Of a stretch of DNA of 64,000 bases, positions 45,858 through 53,380 are shown piece after piece. Numbering within the stretch: the stretch's first letter is position 1; each line of letters opens with the position of its first letter. The position numbers and the translations under genes are program-made. Location of the stretch: IMG/VR virus record IMGVR_UViG_3300024308_000188, positions 1 to 64,000 of that record; one strand, given 5' to 3'. The notes beneath the pieces are model-generated. The model searched no databases and was not told the DNA's origin. It saw only the letters and a list, made by a program, of their open reading frames with translations.

Positions 45858-46651
45858 TAGCGCACCATCATAATGTTTTTAGGATCGTGTTGGTTACTTA
45901 CGTAAGCCGGATTTTCAACTTGGCTGCATTCAAAACCAGTTGAATCGTGACACCAACGGTAAACAATTTGCCCATCTTTCAAGTACGGCTTGCGACCTAA
46001 ACGAGTATGTGAACAAGTTAACATAGTGTCTTGGTGGGTAGTGTGGCCGCAATAACTGCAAGTGTAACTTGTGTAATAAAATCCTACGCTATGCGTATTG
46101 CATTCGTTTGTCAGAATGCGATTACAGATTTCAGGATCACGAGTACGATCATATGCCAACAGCAGAATTAATTTTGCGTGATTGTTACGGAAACCACGAA
46201 GCGGTTTTAAATAAGCATCTAAAATAATGCCACGCGCTTTGGTGTGATCCTGATTATCATGTTCGCGGAAAGTTGGTTTACCTTTGTAAGTTTTGTATGC
46301 TTGCATACCCAACTTAGGTTTGAACTGTAACAACTCACTCAAGCTTGCACTATCGCCATTTGTATTTGGCAGATCTGTGATTAATGCCGGAGTAGGAACC
46401 ATTACATAATCACGAATATCAGGACTTGTGTTGTAAACTTTTGCAGCGGCTGGAAGCCAAGCATTAACATCAAGTACAACACCCTCACAGCCACCAACCA
46501 TTTCTGGTTTAGCTGTGATTGCCATATTGTTTTTTGAAAGTTTGTGCAGATCTATACCGCGACCTTCACCTTCACGAACTGAATAACGGCCAATATCAAA
46601 AGAAGAAGATACAAACTTACCTATATCCGTATTTAACTTAACAGGAACCAT
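45857..46651 (-). CDS. Prohead (maturation) protease with CxxC insertion
   Basis: GKPTFREHD (His), GIILDAY, HSVGF (Ser) and FECSQVENPAY fit the caudoviral/herpes-fold prohead protease pattern. ATG at 46651 after AAGGAG. Confidence 0.75.
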   Translation of the reverse strand: MVPVKLNTDIGKFVSSSFDIGRYSVREGEGRGIDLHKLSKNNMAITAKPEMVGGCEGVVLDVNAWLPAAAKVYNTSPDIRDYVMVPTPALITDLPNTNGDSASLSELLQFKPKLGMQAYKTYKGKPTFREHDNQDHTKARGIILDAYLKPLRGFRNNHAKLILLLAYDRTRDPEICNRILTNECNTHSVGFYYTSYTCSYCGHTTHQDTMLTCSHTRLGRKPYLKDGQIVYRWCHDSTGFECSQVENPAYVSNQHDPKNIMMVR

Positions 46652-46664
46652 TGTGTACTTCTCC

Positions 46665-47210
46665 TTAATCAATGTTTTCAGCAATTTGCTGCTCTAAGCG
46701 TTTTTGCTGAGCAAGCAACAGTGTGGGATTACGTTTAAATTTCTGACCATCAGTAAATATGTAATCAGAAATAAGATCGATGCCTTTATTTTGTTCGATA
46801 AAGTGTTTGCAAATAACGTCAAGATAAGCAAACATTTCTACAAGACTTGCAAGAGGAAATTCTTTACGTATTTCCAACTCAACACGGTTACGCAAACTAT
46901 TGAATAAGTTGTATAACTCGTGTTTGTTATTGTGGCCGCTTAAGCTTGCTTGATAAGCTTGCTGTAAACTTTCTAAATCGCTGGCAAGCTTTCCTTGAGT
47001 AAATTCACTGTTACCCGCAGGAACAACAGCGACTTTCATTTCTTTAAGTGCTTGCTTACCTAAGAAATCTATTTGCTCAACAGCTCTTTTAACATCAAGT
47101 TGTTGATTTGGCGGAAAGCATTGAAGTGCAGCCATATAAACAGGAGTCTGGTAGCCTTTTACAATAGCACTGACACCTGATGTACTTAAAAACAATTTAG
47201 CTTTTTTCAT
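46665..47210 (-). CDS. Helical protein with S-x-S leader
   Basis: N-terminus MKKAKLFL-STS-GV. Confidence 0.65.
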   Translation of the reverse strand: MKKAKLFLSTSGVSAIVKGYQTPVYMAALQCFPPNQQLDVKRAVEQIDFLGKQALKEMKVAVVPAGNSEFTQGKLASDLESLQQAYQASLSGHNNKHELYNLFNSLRNRVELEIRKEFPLASLVEMFAYLDVICKHFIEQNKGIDLISDYIFTDGQKFKRNPTLLLAQQKRLEQQIAENID

Positions 47211-48904
47211 AAAAATTCCTTGTCTATGTTCAATTTAGCCCAAGCATAACATTCATCAAATGTTTGTTTGATTGGCTGAACAAGATAAATTTTTCCGCGT
47301 TTGATAAGTGTGTACGGTTGATCATTTTTAATTGGACGACCTGAACGATATACGCTTTCGTCAAATCCATCCTCTAACACACATATCCATTTACGTGAAA
47401 ATTTTCCGCCGGTTGTTTTGTCAACACAACGAATATTTCCTATAATACGATTTCCAAAGCGTAAGTTATAGCGCCAGCGTTGATCAACAGGAAGTTTGGC
47501 GCATTCTTTATCGCAGCGTAGTGTAAGCTTTTTAGGCTTATCGTCAGAAACTTCAACATAAAGCTGTTCGTAATCTTCATCAGAGTCATCAGAACTATTG
47601 GACACAAGTTCTTCTATTTCTTGACGAGGACTTAAAACAGCGTCAAGTTCGTCATCGGATAAATCACTAAGCTTTGGTTGCCAACCTTCGGCCTTCATTT
47701 CTTCTATAGCAATGTATTCAGAGATCTTACGTGCAATCAAATCTAAATCTTGATCTTGTAACCACACAGCAAAATCAGCTGTTAAGAATTCAACAGGATC
47801 ATCTTCAATTTCTGCATCAGAAGATTTACTTTCCAATTCCTCTGGAGCTTTTTCAGAAGCAGGTTCTTCTTCCTCTAAACTTTTATGTGCATTTTCCAGC
47901 ATACGATCAAGTTCTGAATCGTCATCTTCAAAATCTAGATCGTCTTTTTCTTTAACTGGCTCAGTCTTAACTTCTTCCACTTTAGTTTCAGAAGGAACTG
48001 TCTCTTGTTGATTACTTGTATCAGTGCTTTCCTGCGCTTTGGTTTCAGTAGAGTTCTGTTCAACTTCAGCTGGATTTTCTTGCTCTTGTTGTGGAACAGG
48101 AATATCTTTTTTACGTGAACGTGGAATAGTTGATTTATAATCACGGAAACCAAGATAAGCGGCAGTCAATGCTCCAGCTATAACAGCAGCACCTGAAAAA
48201 ACTGCTACTAACGCACCTAAGCCTAATGCAACTTCAGCAAGACCAAAACCTACATCACGAGCAACTTGTTCACCTTTAGAATCATTCTTGGTACTCATTC
48301 CCTTAGATTTTGCTTTAAGGTAAGAACCTAATTCTTTTTTCTTTGCAGGTGATAATTGATCGCTTATGGCACTAGCAACAGATTTTACTTTATTGCTAAA
48401 TTTGGATGTCTGTTCTGCGATTGTAGATCTGACTTGTGGAAATTTATCGTTTGCTCTGCGATCAATTTCGTCACGAGTTACACGTTCTATAGCAACCGCT
48501 AATTCTTCTGGAGATCTTTTCTTACGTTTTAAAATTGGAGCAACAGCTTTACGTAATCTGCTAAAAATACTTTCCTTCTTTTTAGCAGGATCTACAGGAG
48601 TCAGTGGAGGAACCAAATCAACTTCAGGCTCTGGAACTTCAAGTTCCGCTATATCCTGATCAAGTTCTTCAGGTTCAACGTCAACTGCTTTATTCGCACG
48701 TTCCGCCTTCTTTTTAGCCAGACGTTTTTTCTGCGCTTCTTTTTCACGCAGGTATTTGGCAAGTTGACTTGTTTTGTGTTTTTCCAGATACTTCTTTTGC
48801 TGATTGGTGGATAATTTTTTCCACCAATCAGGCTCTTTAGTTATTTTTCTTGCGGATTCAGATACAAACAATGAATCCACTAGATCAAGTTGTACTTTCT
48901 TCAC
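47207..48904 (-). CDS. Multidomain protein with leader, WWxxLS...YLxxH motif and a hydrophobic (TM-like) segment
   Basis: LFV-SES-AR, DWWKKLSTNQQKKYLEKHKTSQLAK, GFGLAEVALGLGALVAVFSGAAVIAGALTAAYLGF. Confidence 0.7.
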   Translation of the reverse strand: MKKVQLDLVDSLFVSESARKITKEPDWWKKLSTNQQKKYLEKHKTSQLAKYLREKEAQKKRLAKKKAERANKAVDVEPEELDQDIAELEVPEPEVDLVPPLTPVDPAKKKESIFSRLRKAVAPILKRKKRSPEELAVAIERVTRDEIDRRANDKFPQVRSTIAEQTSKFSNKVKSVASAISDQLSPAKKKELGSYLKAKSKGMSTKNDSKGEQVARDVGFGLAEVALGLGALVAVFSGAAVIAGALTAAYLGFRDYKSTIPRSRKKDIPVPQQEQENPAEVEQNSTETKAQESTDTSNQQETVPSETKVEEVKTEPVKEKDDLDFEDDDSELDRMLENAHKSLEEEEPASEKAPEELESKSSDAEIEDDPVEFLTADFAVWLQDQDLDLIARKISEYIAIEEMKAEGWQPKLSDLSDDELDAVLSPRQEIEELVSNSSDDSDEDYEQLYVEVSDDKPKKLTLRCDKECAKLPVDQRWRYNLRFGNRIIGNIRCVDKTTGGKFSRKWICVLEDGFDESVYRSGRPIKNDQPYTLIKRGKIYLVQPIKQTFDECYAWAKLNIDKEFL

Positions 48905-50009
48905 TATTAGTCTCCTGAGCAGCTTGAATCAACTTAGCTAAATCATTCTTAAGTGCAACAGAATTAGGATCTAGCTGAATAGCTTGCTCTAAGTATTTTA
49001 TGGATTCACCAAGTAAAACCTCGGAATCAATTCTGTATAAAGCAGTGGAAAGTAAGTGATATGTCTTTGACAGAATGTTCGGATCGCGATATACAATAAA
49101 ATTATCAGCATCTTGAGGAATCTTGAGGATTTGATGACAAATGCCTATACACTGCCAGTAATCTTCATCCAAGAAAAAGTCATGAGCAAGAGAATAAAAT
49201 ACATCTCTTGAGGTAGGGCAATAGGAAAGAGCACGATATAAAAATTTACTATCATCTGTTATTTGATTTAACAGACAACAAATTTCTACACATAGATCCA
49301 GACTACTATCAAGCTCAAGGTTCAATGCTGCCTCTAGTGTAGGCAAAAAGCTTTTGATATTAGAGCTATTGGATAGCGCACGAGCAGCATAATAAGTGGC
49401 AAGTTGACTTGAACGATTCTTGTTCCAGTAATCTATGTTTTGTTGTATAAAATCATAGATACCAAAACTTGAGGTTGACATTGTAATGCTGGCATAAGCG
49501 TTATCACCAACGGCCTTTAAAACGGGAAAAACTGGGTGTTCCCATACAGCACGAGCTGTACCACTTACAATAGTGGTAACTTGTGTTGTGGAGGAAATAC
49601 CCAGTGTAGTGTTATTATCCCTTAACTGTAGAAGTGAGTGGGATATAGAAAAATTTGTCGCGCTTGGATTTTCTGAAACAGCTTTCTCCAGAGCGGAAAA
49701 CCAGCCACCTTTAGTAAATAAAGATAAGTTGCAGTCTATATTAAAATTTACACACCAATCAGCATAAGTATTTTGGCACATATGAAGAAGCATGTTTTTA
49801 GCCGCAGCCAAATCCATTCCACTAGCAGCCCCAAATTCAGAAACTTTAATTCTGGAATCTGAGTTTTCAGCGGCTTTAAGTGCTTCATAAGATCCATCTG
49901 TACTTCCAAGATCCATAATAAAGATCAAACTTGCTTGCTTTGTTTCCGCAAGAAAATTCTCAATGATACTTAAATTGTTAAAGCATGTTGTATAAACTGC
50001 AACTCTCAT
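48885..50009 (-). CDS. GT2-like glycosyltransferase fold plus TPR repeats
   Basis: RVAVYT...IMDLGSTDGSYEAL, WEHPVF, and TPR-like YLEQAIQLDPN. Confidence 0.65.
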   Translation of the reverse strand: MRVAVYTTCFNNLSIIENFLAETKQASLIFIMDLGSTDGSYEALKAAENSDSRIKVSEFGAASGMDLAAAKNMLLHMCQNTYADWCVNFNIDCNLSLFTKGGWFSALEKAVSENPSATNFSISHSLLQLRDNNTTLGISSTTQVTTIVSGTARAVWEHPVFPVLKAVGDNAYASITMSTSSFGIYDFIQQNIDYWNKNRSSQLATYYAARALSNSSNIKSFLPTLEAALNLELDSSLDLCVEICCLLNQITDDSKFLYRALSYCPTSRDVFYSLAHDFFLDEDYWQCIGICHQILKIPQDADNFIVYRDPNILSKTYHLLSTALYRIDSEVLLGESIKYLEQAIQLDPNSVALKNDLAKLIQAAQETNSEESTT

Positions 50010-50017
50010 AAATTCCC

Positions 50018-50938
50018 CTACACTGGTGGTAGTATTATTTTTCCGCTGGTGTTCCAGCTTCTTGTAAATAAAGATTCGATTGGTAAAGTATAAACTTCAG
50101 GTCTGCTCATGTCAGTGACCAAATAGAAAGCAGGGCTATCAGAAGCGTAATAAACTCTTCTTGAGTACGGAAAATTCCAGAACTCACATTCTATTTTAGG
50201 AAACTTGTTTGTTGGTACATAGCGCAGATTAGTGCGAGGATCTATACCAACAATGTCAGAGTCTGTTTTAAATGTTCTTTCGCTAAGATTTCTAGCGCGA
50301 TCAATCATGGTTGTACGTTGATCTGAATTGGTAAATGTTTCAAATCCGTACATGAATGTTCTTACATTACGAACAAAGCCATCTTGATCCACATAAATAC
50401 GTTCATAGTACCAACGGAAACCGTGAATCGTATCAAGAAAGAAACTTGGATGATTGGCCGCAACGCTAATGCTCATTCTGAAACGCGCAGGAGATATACC
50501 TGTAACATCATCACGAGTTTTAGCATATATTTTCCAATCTACTTTAAATGGCTCAATTACATTTATAGAGATTTTGCCAAAATTGGATTTTTGTGTTCCA
50601 TTGCTGAATTGATAGTTAAAGCAATCCTCCGTATTACCAATCTCACCATAAGGTCTATAAATAAATCCTTTCTTGAATTCATCTTTTCGTAAAGTGCCTT
50701 TCTTTGGCATAACTTCAGCAATATAATCCAAACGCCAACCACGTTGAACAGGAACACGTAAAGGTAGAACTAAAGGATCTGGACTTGAACTATCAAAGAA
50801 ATCACGAGCGCCCTGAATTATATAAGGCTCAAGATCAATAAATACCTCTTGCCCCAAAGTGACTGATACTTCAATGTCAGGAGCAAAAGGTATAAAGTGT
50901 CTCCAATAGTCGCTGGCTACAATCATGCTACCAAACAT
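50018..50938 (-). CDS. Virion structural protein with an Ig/cadherin-like domain
   Basis: PKKGTL...GFIYRP...EDCFNYQFSNG...GKISINV. Confidence 0.5.
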   Translation of the reverse strand: MFGSMIVASDYWRHFIPFAPDIEVSVTLGQEVFIDLEPYIIQGARDFFDSSSPDPLVLPLRVPVQRGWRLDYIAEVMPKKGTLRKDEFKKGFIYRPYGEIGNTEDCFNYQFSNGTQKSNFGKISINVIEPFKVDWKIYAKTRDDVTGISPARFRMSISVAANHPSFFLDTIHGFRWYYERIYVDQDGFVRNVRTFMYGFETFTNSDQRTTMIDRARNLSERTFKTDSDIVGIDPRTNLRYVPTNKFPKIECEFWNFPYSRRVYYASDSPAFYLVTDMSRPEVYTLPIESLFTRSWNTSGKIILPPV

Positions 50939-50948
50939 AATGTACCTA

Positions 50949-51413
50949 CTATTCGTTGTCTAAGTTTACAATCAAATGAGAAAGAAATGGGCGCAATTTT
51001 GCATTAAGTTTTTTCAAAGCATCTTTGGCTTCAAACCATTTGCGAACGCGCATATCTTTTTCTGGAAACTTTTTGTACATATTCTCTACCTTAAGGCCGT
51101 ACACAGTTACTTTTTGAGCAACACCAGTAGATCCTTTGCGGTAAGAGTATTGGCCGAGATTGAAGGTAACATCACCATCGACTCCGGCTTCTTCCCAAGC
51201 TTCAACTTCAGCACTTTCTTTTTTGCCCAAGTCTTTTTCTTTTTTACCTTTTGGTATGCCCCAGTTTCCAGCATGGCGTGAACTAATTAATAAAATATGT
51301 AACACGCCCTTTTTATCGTAAGCATAAGGTATAACACCAGTCTGTTTACGAACACGTTCACCAGCAGCCAAACTTTTTAAAGGTATGTTCAATTGGATTC
51401 TGCGTTTTTTCAT
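50949..51413 (-). CDS. Nudix hydrolase (DIPP/Ap6A-like subfamily) with leader variant
   Basis: LLISSR...WGIPKGKKE...AEVEAWEEAGVDG Nudix box. ATG at 51413 gives MKKRRIQLNIPLK-SLA-AG. Confidence 0.88.
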   Translation of the reverse strand: MKKRRIQLNIPLKSLAAGERVRKQTGVIPYAYDKKGVLHILLISSRHAGNWGIPKGKKEKDLGKKESAEVEAWEEAGVDGDVTFNLGQYSYRKGSTGVAQKVTVYGLKVENMYKKFPEKDMRVRKWFEAKDALKKLNAKLRPFLSHLIVNLDNE

Positions 51414-51414
51414 A

Positions 51415-53379
51415 TTACACCCTGTATTTTTTGCGGAATTGTTCCACAGACATAATTGGAATACCAGCATCCTGCGCTTTACCTGTGGTTCCACTTGAGA
51501 AGCCAAGATCTTTCACTAAGACTAAATTAGTGTCCTTGCGCCAGTCCTGTACCTTGCCGCCTTGCTCTGTAATGAACTTTTTCAGTTCTTCGTCACGTAC
51601 ACCAGTAAAGGTTACGTTTGTTCCCGACAATTTATTGCCTTTAATAACTTTCTTAACAACCTTAATCTTGAGTTTGAATGTATCTACAAACTTTTTGATC
51701 TTAGGTAAGGCAATAGCAAATTCATCGGCCAAATCTTTAAAACCAGTGAGCATACGTATTTTAGTTTCTATCTGACTCTGACTATATTTATCAGCCCAAG
51801 ATAAAACATCAGGATATGCTTCAGAAATAGCGTCAAGTCTACGAGTACCAAAATTCAAAAGATAACCGCTGGCATCAGCAACTTTAGTAAAGGTAAGTTC
51901 ACTCAAAGCTTTCTCTAAACTTTGTTCAAACAGTTGGGCTTTACGTGTACCTAGACCTTCGATGTTGATAAAATCTTCGGCATCCAATTTAAGAAATTGG
52001 CTGAGTTTTTTGTAACCGTTGTCCCAAAACTTTTGTACGGTACTAAGTTTGAATCCATCCACACCGATACGAACAAAGAAGTGTTCAATTTTCTTTTGCT
52101 TCTGAAGATCAGAACCTGAACTTGTTTTGTTTAAAAGTTTGGCGTGTATACCAGATATTTTATAAGGAACATCTGGCATCTGTGGTTTAGGTGCGGCCTT
52201 AACCACTTCAACAATATAAGGAATTACACCGCCAGATCTTACAGCACGAATGATCGCGCCTTTACCTAAAGGTCGAGCTTTATATGGAGGTGTATCTTTC
52301 AACTCACTTTTATATCCATGTTGAATATAAAATGCGTTGTGTCCAGTAAAGTTGCTTACTGTAACTCCACCAATTCGAGTAGGTTTAATGGTAACAACCG
52401 GAATTAAATTTCCAGTACGACTTGCTTCCCACTCAACAGATTTAACTGGAATATCCACCATACTGGCTGCGCTATTTTCTTTAAAAGACTTAGCGTGTTT
52501 TGGATCTTCATGACCTACAGGATAGTAGTTATCTTCTTCGACAACAATGCCGTCAATTTCATAATCACTAAGTTGAATGCGTTTTGCCAAGTATTCCGAA
52601 AGAATACTGAAGTTGATTGTTTTGACAACTTTATGAGGCACTACTTTGAAGCCAAGCGATTCAAGCAATTTAAACTGAGCGCTTGGTTTAAGTTTACTTC
52701 CTTGGCCGTTAAGAATTTTAAAGGCGAACAGAGTCAAATGTTTTGCGTAGTTTGCGTACTTTGCAAAATCTTTACTGGTAGGTAACTTATTAATGATGCC
52801 ACCAGCCGCATTACGTACTGCACTAAAATCTCCACCAGAATCCTTATGCAGATGTTTATCAAAAGTAGAGTTAGCCGCAATTGCTTCGACACGAATGTCA
52901 AAACGTGTTTTAATTTTAATGCGTTTTGGAATCTTTAGATAAGGAAGTAAATGAGAAATATCTTGGCCCTTTAATCCATCACCACGAGAATACAATTCGA
53001 CTGGAACACCTTTGTCATAACAAAGTTGTAAACTCATTCCATCTTCTTTGTCACTGAGAACGTAAGGGCCACTGTATTTCTTGGTGAATAATCCAATTTT
53101 TTTATCGTCTTTGATTTTATCAAGACTACTCATTGGATTAGGTAAACGCACTTCGACTCTTTTATTCCCAACCTTATGTCCCACTTTGAACTTACGAGGT
53201 GATTTAGGAAACCGAGATAAATATTTTTCCTTCAGATCATCGTAATCATTATCTGCAATCGGTTTTTTAGCCAGATTGTAGTATTGGTGATCTAAATAAT
53301 CCAATAGTGCATCAAACTCAGTGCGAGTGGCTTTACGCCACCCATCACTAAGAAAAGATTTTAATTGAGTTTTTGTCAT
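51415..53379 (-). CDS. ligA: NAD+-dependent DNA ligase
   Basis: YYN...DxxYD domain Ia, MSSLDK, KEDG, SRGDG, RNAAGG, EIDGIVV, RSGGVIP, HhH and BRCT. Confidence 0.95.
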   Translation of the reverse strand: MTKTQLKSFLSDGWRKATRTEFDALLDYLDHQYYNLAKKPIADNDYDDLKEKYLSRFPKSPRKFKVGHKVGNKRVEVRLPNPMSSLDKIKDDKKIGLFTKKYSGPYVLSDKEDGMSLQLCYDKGVPVELYSRGDGLKGQDISHLLPYLKIPKRIKIKTRFDIRVEAIAANSTFDKHLHKDSGGDFSAVRNAAGGIINKLPTSKDFAKYANYAKHLTLFAFKILNGQGSKLKPSAQFKLLESLGFKVVPHKVVKTINFSILSEYLAKRIQLSDYEIDGIVVEEDNYYPVGHEDPKHAKSFKENSAASMVDIPVKSVEWEASRTGNLIPVVTIKPTRIGGVTVSNFTGHNAFYIQHGYKSELKDTPPYKARPLGKGAIIRAVRSGGVIPYIVEVVKAAPKPQMPDVPYKISGIHAKLLNKTSSGSDLQKQKKIEHFFVRIGVDGFKLSTVQKFWDNGYKKLSQFLKLDAEDFINIEGLGTRKAQLFEQSLEKALSELTFTKVADASGYLLNFGTRRLDAISEAYPDVLSWADKYSQSQIETKIRMLTGFKDLADEFAIALPKIKKFVDTFKLKIKVVKKVIKGNKLSGTNVTFTGVRDEELKKFITEQGGKVQDWRKDTNLVLVKDLGFSSGTTGKAQDAGIPIMSVEQFRKKYRV

Positions 53380-53380
53380 G

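Noticed and set aside
51415-53379. Intein or intron in the DNA ligase
   Set aside because: Length and motif spacing are normal for a LigA-type enzyme, and no intein or homing endonuclease motifs were seen.
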